Shown: piece by piece, positions 50,518 to 63,930 of the stretch
How positions within the stretch are numbered: position 1 is the stretch's first letter
How the letters are laid out: every line of letters starts with the position of its first letter
NCBI GenBank assembly: GCA_951406725.2
Contig: OX597831.1
Coordinates: 52,266,001 to 52,330,000, forward strand
Reading direction: 5' to 3'
Source: Octopus vulgaris
Taxonomy: Eukaryota
Length of the DNA: 64,000 nucleotides
Made by a program: the position numbers and the translations under genes
Notes under the pieces: model-generated
What the model was told of the DNA's origin: nothing
What the model saw: only the letters and a program-made list of their open reading frames with translations
Databases searched by the model: none

Positions 50518-53233
50518 TTGTTGTTGGCATCCTTTTTGTCTCGGGAGACAATGGAGTTGCGCATAAAATAATCTAGTCCGGCTTTTACATTTCATGTCCT
50601 AATACATCTCCTGCTGTGGCTGTGTAGTCCTATCCTAGATAAACACTCCCTCTGGCAGGTGCCGCAAATGTAGCGAAGATTTTGCCTGGCTGGTTGTAAT
50701 GTCATACTTTCTTGTTGACGTCTTTTCTTGTCTTTCCATTTCTCCTCTCCCTCTATGTCACTCCTTTGTGTTCCCTCTTTTATGGTACGTCGCCAATCCC
50801 CACGGTTGCTGGCAACTGCTTCCCAGTTGGTAATATTGATGTTGCAGGCTTTCATGTCCCTTTTGCAAACATCCTTGTATCGTAAGAACGGTCTTCCCAC
50901 AGACCTAGTGCCCTAGCAAGCTCTCCGTTGAGTATGTCCTTGGGGATTCTGCCATCTTCCATACGGCTAACATGTCGAAGCCATCTCATACATCTTTGTG
51001 TGAGGAGTGTAAACATGCTTGGTATTCCTATTTGCTTGAGGACATCTTTGTTGGGGACATGATTCTGCCATTTGATGCGAAGGATTTTCCGGAGGCAGCG
51101 CAGGTGAAAGATATTTAGGCGACGTATGGCGTCGTATGGCGTGTGTATGGCGTCCAAGTCACACTTCCATACAGTAGAGTGCTAAGTACACATGCCTGGT
51201 AAATCTTAATTTTTATGGTCTTGGTCAGCTTATTGTTGTCCCATGCCCGTTTGGAGAGTTGGGCCATCACAGCAGCTGCCTTGCCAATACGTATATTGAG
51301 CTCAGTATCAAGGGATAGGTTGTAGGTGACGGTAGAGCCAAGATAGGTAAACTTCTCCACCTCCTGTAGTCTGTGGTCTCCAATATGTATGTTTGGAATG
51401 GTCGATGTAGCCTGACCCATGATGCTGGTCTTCTTGAGTCTGATAAATAAGCCAAAGTTGCCACATGCTTGCTCAAAACAGTTGATGAGCCTTTGTAGGG
51501 TTTCTTCTGTGTGTGATACCAGAGCGGCATCATCAGCAAATAGCATCTCCTTCTGATTTTGGTCTTGGCACGCAGACGCGAGAGATTGAACAGTTTCCCA
51601 TCACTTCTACTGTGCAGAAACATTCCATCATCTGATGTCACAAAGGCATGTGACACCAGCAGCGAGAAGATGCCAAATAATGTAGGAGCAAGGACACAAC
51701 CTTGCTTTACCCCATTTTTTATTTGGAAGGCGGCTGATGTTGAACCATTATGCTGTATGGTGCCTTGCATATGATCATGGAAAGACGTTATGATCCTCAG
51801 TAGTTTGGTGGACATCCAATTTTTTGGAGCAGGATGAAGAGGCCTTTTCTACTTACCAAGTCAAAGGCCTTTGTCAGATCAATGAAGGCCATATATAATG
51901 GCATTTTCTGCTCTCTGGACTTCTCCTGATTTTGGCGTATGGAGAATATCATGTTAATAGTTGATCTGCTTCTTCTAAAGCTACACTGCGATTCTGGATG
52001 AATTCGAGAAGTAAGCAGTTGCAGCCTTGACAGGATAATGCGAGCAGAGGCCTTTCCAACAGTGCTTAGAAGAGATATTCCACGTTAATTGTTACAATCA
52101 CCACGGTCACCTTTGTTTTTGTAAAGCGTAATGATGTTAGAATCCCGTATATCCTGAGGGACTGTACCCTCTTCCCAGCACTGACACAGAAGCTCATGAA
52201 TGTTCCGAAGCAGGATGGTGTTTTTGCCGGTTTTGATGATCTCTAAGGGGATGCCGTCTTTTCCCGGAGCCTTGTTTCTTGATAGGGAGTCAATAGCCTT
52301 GGTGAGCTCTGCTATAGATGGCAGACTGTCAAGTTCACACATGACTGGCAAGATCTTGACACCCTCGATTGCAGCCTCAGCTACCGTGGTCTCTCGTGAG
52401 TAGAGATCCTGGTAGTACTCCACCCGTCTATCAATTTGCTTGCTTTGGTCCTTGATGAGATCCCCAGTAGTTGATTTCAGAGGGGCTGACTTGGTTGCAG
52501 ATGGACCGAAGGCCTTCTTCAAACCGGCATACATCCCACGGGTGTCGTCACTGTCAGCAGCTGACTGGATACTCTGACAGATTTCCTGCCAATACCTATT
52601 TGCACAGAGTCTGGCAGTCAGTTGGGTTTTATTTCTTGCCTTTCTGAGTTCTTCGAGTGACTTTATAGAAGAATCACTCTTGTATCACATCAGAGCTGCA
52701 CGCTTTGTTTCGATAACTGTTTCCAGCTCTGAGAGTCCAGCACTGAACAAAATCTGGGTAATGCCTTTCTCTCATGCCGAAAGTATCTGTTGATGTGGTA
52801 TACAAAGATTGCCTGATATAATTCCACCTACTTTCAGCAGAGGTGATTGGGCAGCTACTGAGGGCAACTTTGATAGAAACAGCAAAACATTGTCGCAGTG
52901 TAGGGTCAGAGGTTCTGGCAGTGTCAATGCGTAGTCGGCTCATTTTCTTGGAGTGATGGACTTTTTAGGCAGAATCCTCACCCTGCTTCTTATTAGTGAA
53001 TGATCTGTGTCACAATCCGCGCTGTGGTAACTACGATTCAGTTGAACAGAATTCAGAAAGGGTCTTCGTGTAATGATGAGATACAGCTGATGCCAGTGGT
53101 GAGATCTTGGATGTCTCCAAGATGCCTTGTGGGATGTCTTGTTGGCAAAGAATGTGTTAGTGATGCACAGGTTATGGTATGTGCAAAATTCAAGTAGTCT
53201 CTGGCCATTGTCATTCATGTTGCCAATACCAAA
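50518..53233 (-). mobile_element. RTE (BovB-like) LINE, 5'-truncated and degenerate
   Basis: APE motifs NDNGQRLLEFC, WRHPRSHHWHQL, DTDHSL; KAPGKDGI; RT motifs GVKQGCVLAPTLF, LFADD, FTYLGS; C-terminal CGTCQRECLSRIGLHSH; (CAA)n tail; frameshifts. Confidence 0.95.
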
Positions 53234-53301
53234 ACACATACACTTACATATATACATACTTATATATACGATCGATTTGTTTCAGTTCCTGTCTGCGAAA
53301 T

Positions 53302-53342
<41 letters not shown>

Positions 53343-53817
53343 TACACACACATGCATATATATTTGGAATTTATAAAAGAAACGAACAAAAGACGAAGAC
53401 GGGTGTGTAAACAGCAAACAGGTTTATTAGTTTAACGCTCCGGACTTAGGAAAATTTATATAGGGAGTACTACTAATTTTAAAATTAGATATAGGGGACA
53501 CAAGAATTCATTTATTCACCCCTATATAAAAAATTACAGACATTTTAGTATGTAGTAAGCATAAATATTTAGCGTCTTATAATTTTCTTAAACTTTAAAA
53601 TATAATTTTTTAGAATATAAAAGCTTTTTGAAAATACAGTCCAATTAGATCATTAGATCCAATGAACGCTTATGCACAAACCTGTAATCTTAAATTACTT
53701 TTTTATAGTAGAGAGTGTAATATTCCCATTGGCTATTATTTGCATGATTAACTAAATATTTCATTTCTTATTTAAATTTGAAAATCTGTCATTTATTCAT
53801 CGATACACGAAAACAGT

Positions 53818-55298
53818 GTCAGTCGTTATTTTTGCGTAAGTTTTTGAATTGTTTACCCTTGTTTACCGTTATTATTGGATACTTACCGTTAATTATTTTA
53901 TTGAATATTTACCATTGTTATTGGTTATTGTTGCCTTTTTGGAAGGAACTGCACGCGCGGGTAGGCCAAATTATGGCCAGCCCGACGGCAGGCCTAAGGA
54001 GAAAACGGAAAGCCCAGCGGCAAACAAAAGCCCACAAAGAGCGGCTAGCCGAATGGCTAGCCCAGTAAAGGAAGAGGAGTTAGAAAGAATGGGCATACCA
54101 ATTTTTTTCAGACTCCGACGAAGAGAAGGAGAATACGACAACAAAAGGAAAACTGCATGTACAAAGGAATATTGATGTGCCAAGCCTGGCAAGAAAACAA
54201 CTTAATTTTGCAGAGGTGGCTGGCACGAAGGAGAGGAAAATTGAGCTCTCCAAACTGGACGACCTCAAAAAAAAAAAGCATGAAGAAGGAGGGGTATGAA
54301 ATTATAATCATGCAACCTCAAGAAATAAAAGAAGAAATAGAAAAAAAGACGATCATTTACAAGACGTATAGGAATAAAGAAAAGAAAATTGAATTCTCAA
54401 CTGAAAAAGAAATAGAAGACTGTTTAAAGCCTATCTGGGACAAGATAAAGTTTATAGCAAGAGGAAAGCGATATGGAACCGTAGAAGTGAGGTTCGGGTC
54501 AGAGGAGGAGGCGAGACTGCAATCGATGAATCCGTCAAGAACAGAAATTGTGACAATGTTGCCCGCCTATAGGGGCAGAAGAATATCAAAAGTAACAATG
54601 ATAAACATCCCCCCGGAGATCGAGCCGGAGAGAATAGTGGGAGCAGTCACTTTGGGATTGGAGGAGAGATTGGAGATAAGAGATGCCACGGTGGAGGAAG
54701 CAAAGAAGTGGCAGGGCCAAAAAGTTAAAATAATGTTGCAGGCGGAGCCGGCCGCGTTCGAAGACATTGGTGAAATTATTGAAATTGGCGACAGCCGACT
54801 GCCAGTAATGGTCGAGGGCCGACAGCCCAGGTGCTTCGCCTGTGGGAAGAAGGGCCACATAAAGAAGAACTGCAAGCCGGTGGAGGAAGAAAAAAAGACA
54901 GCTACTACCTCGGTAGTTCAGCCAGTAATAGCACCCACACCAGAAGAAGGGGAGGGGTGGATGCAGGCAAAAAAAAGAATATATAAAAACCCCTCCCCGG
55001 AGAAAACAAAAAGCGAAAAAACAAGAGAAGTGAAGAAAGCAAAGAAGCCAGAAAAGGATAATCAGGTATACGCGGCATTGAGATCTTCCAATAGAGAAGT
55101 TATGAGAAAAATAGAGACATACCACATAGAAGAAGTGGATACAGAGGAGGCAGGCGAGTGGAGATGTTATAGAATGGACTTGGTCCTGGCGGTGGCTATC
55201 CTTGAAAGGGAGGGCGGAGGTGGCCAATGTGTTTATAGCATCGGTCATCACTTACCGCCTAACCGTCGTCCCATGTCCGGATTCGTGGTTAAGCAAGT
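53818..55298 (+). mobile_element. Internally deleted Tx1/L1-clade element (5' UTR, ORF1, short ORF2 remnant)
   Basis: ORF1-like protein with zinc knuckle; WLSLKGRAEVANVFIASVITYRLTV (RT thumb) at ~55185-55295 in another frame. Confidence 0.75.
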
Positions 55299-55332
55299 TG
55301 GACAATACGTCGCCATCTTTCCTGTACCTTGA
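54157..55332 (+). CDS. LINE ORF1/gag-like protein with CCHC zinc knuckle, probably pseudogenised at the N-terminus
   Basis: 391-codon open frame; RRM-like stretch (GTVEVRFGSEEEA; VTMINIPPEI), GRQPRCFACGKKGHIKKNC and a basic GWMQAKKR motif; the likely true start MASPT at 53973 is disrupted. Confidence 0.7.
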   Translation: MYKGILMCQAWQENNLILQRWLARRRGKLSSPNWTTSKKKSMKKEGYEIIIMQPQEIKEEIEKKTIIYKTYRNKEKKIEFSTEKEIEDCLKPIWDKIKFIARGKRYGTVEVRFGSEEEARLQSMNPSRTEIVTMLPAYRGRRISKVTMINIPPEIEPERIVGAVTLGLEERLEIRDATVEEAKKWQGQKVKIMLQAEPAAFEDIGEIIEIGDSRLPVMVEGRQPRCFACGKKGHIKKNCKPVEEEKKTATTSVVQPVIAPTPEEGEGWMQAKKRIYKNPSPEKTKSEKTREVKKAKKPEKDNQVYAALRSSNREVMRKIETYHIEEVDTEEAGEWRCYRMDLVLAVAILEREGGGGQCVYSIGHHLPPNRRPMSGFVVKQVGQYVAIFPVP

Positions 55333-55764
55333 AAATACCATCTTCCCAGAATTGGGGTGGTTTCAAAGCAAAGAATTCGTCAAGGTATCTTTTTACGTCA
55401 TCTAGGGAATTGAAGTTTTTACCATTAAGACTTTTCTGCAGAGACCTGAATAAGTGGAAATCCGAAGGAGCAATATCTGGGGAATAGGGAGGGTGGGGGT
55501 AACACATCCCAGCCGAGCTGCAGCAATTTTTGTCTGGTTCCCAAAGCATCAAGTGCCGAAAATGAACCTTCTCATCTTTTATTTTAATGGGTTACAGAAT
55601 TAACATAGGTTATAGGAACATAAACCTTCTTCCACGAAAAGATAGCTTAAACTGTGCTCTAAATGGAGGTGTAGTCAAATCCTATTTTATGGACTCAAAC
55701 ATGTTCTAAAATAAGTCGAAAGATTAGCTACTATAAATCGGCACGAACTTTCCGGACAACCCAA
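55296..55764 (-). mobile_element. Internally deleted mariner
   Basis: TIR ttgggttgtccggaaagttcgtgccgat with adjacent TA at 55765; HPPYSPDIAPSDFHLFRSL motif. Confidence 0.9.
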
Positions 55765-56084
55765 TATTTCTATATTTTTATCATGAAACTCTTAATATAA
55801 ATATGTGTATATTCGTATGGAATAATACCTCATGCGCTACATCTGAATTTTCTTGTCTGAATGTTTTAAGACAAATATCCGAAATTTTTATCGTATACCA
55901 CATTTTATTAATACTTAGCTCATATACGGAGACAAAAATGTTGTACTATATACTGCAGGTTATCTCCATTAAAATTCTCGTATTATATACATTATATATA
56001 TATAATATACACACTGGCCAAAATAATTGCATACACATTACATGGTCTAAAACTAATTTTACCGGTAAATTTGAAACGTTTATA

Positions 56085-56252
56085 TTACGTTCTGAGTTCA
56101 AATTCCGCCGAGGTCGACTTTGCCTTTCATCCTTTCGGAGTCGATAAATTAAGTACCAGTTACGCACTGGGGTCGATGTAATCGATTTAATCCGTTTGTC
56201 TGTCCTTGTTTGTCCCCTCTATGTTTAGCCCCTTGTGGGCAGTAAAGAAATA
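56085..56252 (+). mobile_element. SINE family B body
   Basis: Same unit as in the trimers. Confidence 0.85.
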
Positions 56253-56438
56253 TATATTAATTTAGCATTAGAATTCTTCAAGTTGAATAAAAATTGTTTG
56301 CATCATTCGAAAGAGAAATAAATTTTGCATAATGTGTAATAGATATAAATAATTTGTATGCTGTTAGTAACAAAATATTTTGTAAGAAATAGAACTTTTA
56401 TCGTCGGGATTAAATATATTTTCGCCGGTGTATATATC

Positions 56439-57540
56439 TCAGGTCATCCCATAAGTTCTGTCCGAATTTTGGATAAAGAATCCAAGTGATCAAATGTTAT
56501 ATTTAATTGAAAGTTAATCATCAATGTACTTTCCCTGATTATCTATGACTTACTTCCATCTATTTACAAGCTTTTTAATCCTATCAATGTAAAACTCTTT
56601 TGGTTTCAAAGCGAAGAACTCTGAAATGTCAGATTCGACCTCCTCCTGGCTTGCGAAAGTTGTGTCCCCCTAATAATTCTGTAAACTATGAAACAAAGGG
56701 TATCCTGAAGTAGTAAGGTTGGGAGAATAAGTTGGATGAAGAAATTTTTCCAAACTGACCTCTTCGATCTTCTGTGATGTGATCTTTGCAGTGTGGGGTT
56801 GCGCATTGTCCTGATGAAACATCACTCGTTTTCGACTCACTAAAGCGGCTCTTTTTCCTTCAAAGCTTGGTTCAAACGCTCTAATTGCTGACAGTAGACT
56901 TGAGCATTGATTGTTGCATTAGGTGACAACAATATAAAGTGAATTACGCCATTGCAATCGCACAAGATAGAGTAGAACCTTTTTCCAATGAAGTTCCCTT
57001 CTCGGTTGTGGTTGAGCATTTTCCCTTTTACCAAGCCACTGTTTACGACGTTTAACATTTCGATAGAAAATCCATTTTTTTGTCACAAGTTTATCGAAAA
57101 AGGGTGAAATGAGTTTGCGAGAATGGAGAGAAGAGCAGATGTCAACTCGGGATTTACGGTTGCTTTCGGACAATACATGAGGCACCTATTTTCCAAGTTT
57201 AGGAATCTTTCCACGTTGTTGAAGATGACGATGAACTGTTGTATGGTTTGAAGTAAGCTTTATTGCCAATTCTTCAACTGATAATGACGGATTTTCTTCA
57301 AGTAATGCCTCAAGGAGCTTATCATCAAACTCAACTGGACATCCCATTCGATCTTCATCTTCAATTTTGTAAACGATCTCCTGAAAGTTCTTTCATTCAA
57401 GCACTTTCCCATAAACTGAGTGTATGTTTCGAGTCACTTCGGCTGCAAAGTTACCTTTATTGTACTCATAAAGAATTATATGTGCCTTAAATGCTCCTTG
57501 GATACTTCCATGTTGAAAGGGTTTTAATCAAAGCAATTTT
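56439..57540 (-). mobile_element. Mariner transposase pseudogene with one TIR
   Basis: MEVSKEHLRHIILYEYNK start at ~57511, VPHVL, KWIFYRN, HQDNA; TIR tcaggtcatcccataagttctgtccg; the other end is cut by the Tc1-like element. Confidence 0.88.
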
Positions 57541-58591
57541 AGGGCGTCCACGAAGTCTGGGTACATGGAATAAAATCATAACATAAACAAATATAAGAAA
57601 TAATAATTTTCCTTTTTTACTTTTGTTTAAATTAAATAAAAAAAATACTTTACTTTTCTAAATTATTTTTTCTACAGATGATCGAATGATGGCTCTGTCT
57701 AAAGAAGAAAGAATCCCAGATCGAATGATGGATCCGTCTAAAGAAGAAAAAATCGAGTTAGTATTATTAAGCGGACGAGAGGGATGGTCTTATCGCAAAA
57801 TTGCGGAAGAATTTAATCTTCGACACCCTTACAGGTAACCTATTTTTTTTTTTACTGCCGTCGGGAAATTGATTAAGAAATTTAAAGAAACAGGCTGTGT
57901 TTTGGATAAACCCCGTTCCGGGCGACCAAAGACTTCAGATGAAACGAAAGAGGCTGTCATGGCTAAAGTTTCTGCTAGCCCAAAGAAATCACTTCGTCGG
58001 ACATCCACGGTGTTAGGTGTTCCAAAACCAACCATCCACAAAATGCTGGTTGAGGAAAAGTTTCATCGATACAACCTACAGATATTGCATCACTTAAATG
58101 AAGACGACCCTGATACGAATATAGATGTGCGAATGGTTTTCAGATAAATTGGATGAAAATATCAATTTTACGAAAAACTTCGTGTTGTTCAGTGACAAAG
58201 CTACGTTTTATGTAAATGGTGAGGTCAACAGACAGAATCTTCTATACTGGTCTCAAGGTAATCCACATTGGATGGATCCATCCAAACAGCAATGCAGCAA
58301 AAAGGTGATGGTGTGGTGTGGTTTGTGGAAAGCTCATGTTCTAGGACCCTTCTTCATTGAACATGTAACGGATGAGACTTATGTAAACATATTGAGAGAC
58401 AAATTAATATCTCAAATTGAGCGCCTAGGCGAGGGCCTTCCGAATTGGTTTCAGCAGGATGGAGCCCCTACCCATTTTGCCCCAACTGTTAGAGATTGGC
58501 TTAATGCCACTTTTCCTCACTGGATTGGAAGAAGGGCTCGTATGGAAAGGTCCCCACGTTCACTAGACCTTTCTCCCCTTGATTTCTTTTT
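57541..58591 (+). mobile_element. Tc1-like transposon, 3'-truncated, with transposase pseudogene
   Basis: agggcgtccac TIR-like start; KKFKETGCVLDKPRSGRP, FSDKATF, VMVWCG, FQQDGAP, SLDLSPLDFF motifs. Confidence 0.88.
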
Positions 58592-58714
58592 CAGAGCGAG
58601 CTCTGGTCGCCATAGCGTCGACTGTGGGCTGGTAGCTGTGTACAGTCACCATAGCGTCGACTGTGGGCTGGTAGCTGTATACAGTCGCCCCAATGGCGCC
58701 CAGAGCGAGTTGGG

Positions 58715-59315
58715 TAGCTTCTCCTCCTTCCACCCTAAACACACCAAGCTTTCCATCCCCTATTCCTCCGTCTACGCAGGCTCTGCAGTTACGACTATGA
58801 CTTTGAGACTCGGTCTCCACTCATGGCTCGCCACTTCATCCTACGTGGATATCCTCTTGCCACTATTCACACCACCACACACCACCATATCACACCACAT
58901 CACACCACACCACCACGCACACACTAGCACTGACCACTTCCCAGCACCCACACCATCATCCACACACCTACACATGCACATACGCACACGTCAAGGTCAC
59001 TAGCCCTCTTCCACACACACATAATGCTCTCTTATACGCACGCACGCGCGCCTTCGTTTTGGGATCACCACTACTTTATTACCTCCCCTTCTTCCTAGCT
59101 ATCCTCTGTGACCCCTTTGTCCGGCATTCACCACGGTACATCGCTAGTCACTACACATTCTTTATTTTCTCTCCCTGTTTCTTTCTGTGTTCATTTCTGT
59201 GGAAGAGTGTAGGCTCGAAACATTAAATACGTTTTCACTTCCCGAGCGTTATACTAATACATCTGTTTCTTGTCGACACTACCTATCTTCGTCTTTTGTC
59301 TTTTTCTGAATTCTA

Positions 59316-59317
<2 letters not shown>
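58715..59317 (+). mobile_element. PLE fragment (RT C-terminal piece plus terminus)
   Basis: FSSFHPKHTKLSIPYS then LRLRRLCS (frameshifted); hammerhead-like motif at 59193-59228; ends at (TA)n. Confidence 0.75.
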
Positions 59318-59393
<76 letters not shown>

Positions 59394-59811
59394 TATATAC
59401 ATATATACATACACATATACATATACATACATATGCATACAAAGTATATATCATTGTTATTATGTAAAAGTATTGTTGCTTTTTCAGCAAACGAAAAAAT
59501 AGTTTCACTATTCCATTTCTTTTCACGTTAGCAACAGTTTCAGCTTAACAATAATACTTTGTTGGGTGCCTAAAATCGTAACTCCATGCATATATGATAT
59601 TTCCAGTCAGAAATATTCTTGTAAAACTGTCATATGTGGGACTTGCTACACTTTTGAAAAATTCTAAACCATTGTACTTATACTTTGACGATTTTCATAC
59701 CTTGGCATCTGAAGCAGTTGGAGATACGATAGTTTGACCAAAAGAACCGGCTATTGCATGCAAAATTAAATATTGAAAAAAAAAAGCGTATTTGGCCAAA
59801 CACAATAACAA

Positions 59812-59879
<68 letters not shown>

Positions 59880-59881
<2 letters not shown>

Positions 59882-60260
59882 CTAATATATAAATGGCAAC
59901 TTTTGTCTGTCTGTCTGTTACTATCTTTGTGCCTAAACCAGCGAAACAAATATTCACAGAACTTTACATACATATTACACTAACATCCAGTTCAATAATG
60001 GGCTAATTAGATTTCAATAAAAATCTATAATCAGCCCCTCCTCCCGGGACGTTGGGCGAATTATATGATAAAATGAGAAGGTTGCAAGAGTATTAGAAGG
60101 TTGCAGAAAGTATTAGTCTGAAGGAAAGGTAGTAAGAAAGAGAGAGAGGGTAACATTTGTCAATGAAGGTAAGAACAGTAGTGGCAATGGGATGAAAACG
60201 TTAAAATAGTTATCACATACACGCAACACTGCAAAAATACTTTCGTAAATACATAGATAC

Positions 60261-60325
<65 letters not shown>

Positions 60326-61134
60326 GCACGCACATACAAAGAAAGGTGGGTGTGAGGAATACGTAACTTTAAGGAGAGAGGTGATTGGTGGCTTTTCTGC
60401 TGTCAATCGCAAAGAAACACTCACACACAGACACACAGACACACACACACACACACACACACACATATGTACGTACATACATACATATACATACATGTCT
60501 ACTATACACCATTTTAAACTCGTGATTACCTGTGTGCGTTTGTAAATGTATGTGTGAGTGTGTGTGTCACATCCTATAACTCCCTGTCTCTCTACTTCTG
60601 TAGAGCCTATTGCTGTCACATATTGTGAGATTTTAAAATTTGGTATATTGAAATAGTTTTCCACGTTAAATCTGATTTTGTTATTTATTTGTTCCAGAAA
60701 AGTTGTAGAAAAATGTTACTGAGGTTTAAAGTTTAATCAATTTTACCTAATCAGAAAACAGGATTTGGAATTTGGCATTTTCTGCATGATAGCTGCATGA
60801 TAGCTGCATGATAGCTGGCATTTTCTGCATGATTGCTGTCTATCACGAAATGAAAGCAAAACCATTAGGAGAAGGAATTTTTATTAAACAAACGAAAGCA
60901 AAGCATTACGACGGCCAAAGTTGTAAGAAATTCTGAGGTTTTAATGAATAAAGTCATGTGAAACGATCAAAAAGAAAATCCCCAACGAAACTTTTTCGCG
61001 AAAAATTGTACAAATCCGTCCTGATCAAGAGGCCTGTCTGTCGGGGAAGGCATGCTTTGGCATGAAATAAATAAAAATTTATATAAGACATTCTATTGTA
61101 AAAATTGCCCGGCAACGACGGGCTATTCAGCTAG
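59880..61134 (+). mobile_element. Non-autonomous Helitron-like element
   Basis: 5' atatataaa plus (gtct)n; 3' hairpin gcccg-gcaacga-cgggc, then CTAG|T at 61131-61135. Confidence 0.7.
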
Positions 61135-61139
61135 TATCC

Positions 61140-61553
61140 TTTTATTCTTTCACTTGTTTCAGGCATTTGACTGCGGCCATGCTGGAGCACTGCCTTTAGT
61201 CGAGCAAATCGACCCCAAGACTTATTCTTTGTAAGCCTAGTACTTATTCTATCAGTTCCTTTTGCTGAACCGCTAAGTTACGGGGACTTAAACACACCAG
61301 CATCGGCTGTCAAGCGATGGTGGGGAGGGGGTGACAAACAAAGATACACAAACACACACACACACATACACTCACACACACACATATATAGGACGGGCTT
61401 CTTTCAGTTTCCGTCTACCAAATCCACTTACAATGCTTTGGTCGTCCCGATGCTATACTAGGAGACACTTGCCCAAGGTGCCAGCTAGTGGAACTGAACC
61501 CAGAACCATGTAGTTCGTAAGCAAGCTACTAACCACACAGCCACTCTTACGCC
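61140..61553 (-). mobile_element. SINE family A, full length
   Basis: Reverse-complement copy. Confidence 0.9.
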
Positions 61554-61841
61554 TATATATATATATTTCTTTAACATCTCTTTCAGATACAAAAAACGCG
61601 CGCGCGCACTCTCTCACAAGACAATGATAAAAAGGAAATCCAGACAATTTTTTTGAAAAGTGACATTTTGCCCCTCTTGGAGTGAACAGCTGGATTTGCC
61701 ATTACTAAAAGCCAAGAATAGCTTATTATTGACAAACTGACCAGCTGCAAAGATATCAACAAATTTTTTCTTCTTTCTCTCCTTCTTCCTTTCCTTCAAT
61801 TTCTTTAACACAACTCTTTCAGATACAAAAAAAAAAACACA

Positions 61842-61891
<50 letters not shown>

Positions 61892-62136
61892 CTCTCTCTC
61901 TCACTTTCTCCCCATTCCTCACCCTCTTGTACTATCTTATATCTCTCCCCACTCCTACATACTCAATAATACTATAAAAAGAGTCAAAATTCCTGCAAAA
62001 GTAAGTTCAATTTGAAGACTCTTCTAGAGTGGACGAAAGCGCTATTATATGACATATGATGTATAAAAACATGTAACATACTAATAAATATCTGTAAATA
62101 TAAAACCATCCAGATTTCTGAGTACCTCATTTCTTC

Positions 62137-62264
<128 letters not shown>

Positions 62265-62294
62265 TAGAAGAAATGAAGTACTCTGAAATCTATA

Positions 62295-62525
62295 TATATG
62301 TATGTATGTATGTGTGTGTATATGTTTGTGTCTGTGTTTATCCCTCCAACTTCGCTTGGCAACCGATGCTTGTAACTTAGCGGTTTGGCAAAAGAGACCG
62401 ATAGAATAAGTACTAGGCTTACAAAGAATAAGCCCTGGCGTCGATTTATTCGACTAAAGGCGGTGCTCCAGCATGGCCACAGTCAAATGAATGAAACGAG
62501 TAAAAGAGTAAAAAGAGTAAAGAAT
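62295..62525 (+). mobile_element. SINE family A, 3' half
   Basis: Tail motif present. Confidence 0.85.
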
Positions 62526-62699
62526 ATGAATGAAATTAATCATGACTTCTTAAAAATCTAACACGGAATTTAGCTCTTCGCCGCTGACGTGCAACTAAAT
62601 TCCAATGGTAGAATAGGTATGGTTTTTTTTATGTAGCTCCTTATTTATAGCATTCTTGCAATTAAAAGAACATAGCATACACACTCATGGCCTTACAAA

Positions 62700-63716
62700 C
62701 GTTCATACGTACATACAAACACACATGGACACATACATACACATAAGTATACATACATACATACATGCATACATACATACATACATGCATACATACATAC
62801 ATACATGCATGCATACATACATACATACATACATACATACATACAATCATACATACATACATACATACATACATACATACATAAACACATACATACATAC
62901 ATAAACACATACATACATACATAAACACATACATACATACATACATACATAAACACATACATACATACATAAACACATACATACATACATACATACATAC
63001 ATACATACATACATACATACATTCATACATACACTTTCAATTTCATACCTATTATCATTAGAGCAACAGGATACGTACCAACCCGCTTGGAGCGAAGTAT
63101 TTTTGAACTTTTGTTCTTGGGGAGAGGATCCAACTCTTTAGTTCATACGTTAGAAATAATCACGATATCTGGGACAATAAGAGTCTGCTATATATCTTCT
63201 TCAGATTTAAAGGATGATGAACAAAACAATTTGCTTTCCTTCACAATCTGGCTCCGAAGTAGGTGACCAGTAAAAATAAACTTTAAATCAAGAGAAATAC
63301 AATACATACATACACATGCATACATACATACATACACACACATGCATGCATACATACATACATACATACATACATACATACATACATACATACGTACATA
63401 CAAACATACATACGTACATGCATACATACGTACATGCATACATACATACATGCATACATACATACATACATACATACAATCATACATACATAAACACATA
63501 CAAACATACATACATACATACATACATACATACATACATACAATCATACATACATACATACATACATACATACATACATACATACATACATACATACATA
63601 CATACATACAATCATACATACATACATACAATCATACATACATACATACATACATACATAAACACATACAAACATACATACATACATACAAACATACATA
63701 CATACATACATACATA
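62700..63716. repeat. Two (CATA)n arrays (62700-63030 and 63300-63716)
   Basis: Read directly. Confidence 0.95.
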
Positions 63717-63869
63717 TTTGGAGCAGAAAAATGCCATGTACAGTTTGAAAGTTTAGTACTTTACAAATGTGAACCCGTCTTCTAACACCCGCGAGAACGT
63801 GAATATCTATAGACAACTGCTTTGAAATTTTATAGTAGATCTACCATTTTCGCTCTCTGTCTCTCTGTC

Positions 63870-63930
<61 letters not shown>

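Noticed and set aside
58125-59003. 292-aa intact transposase
   Set aside because: Chimeric: Tc1 catalytic region with substituted motifs (SDKATF, SLDL) reading through into filler and PLE sequence; the N-terminus is in another frame
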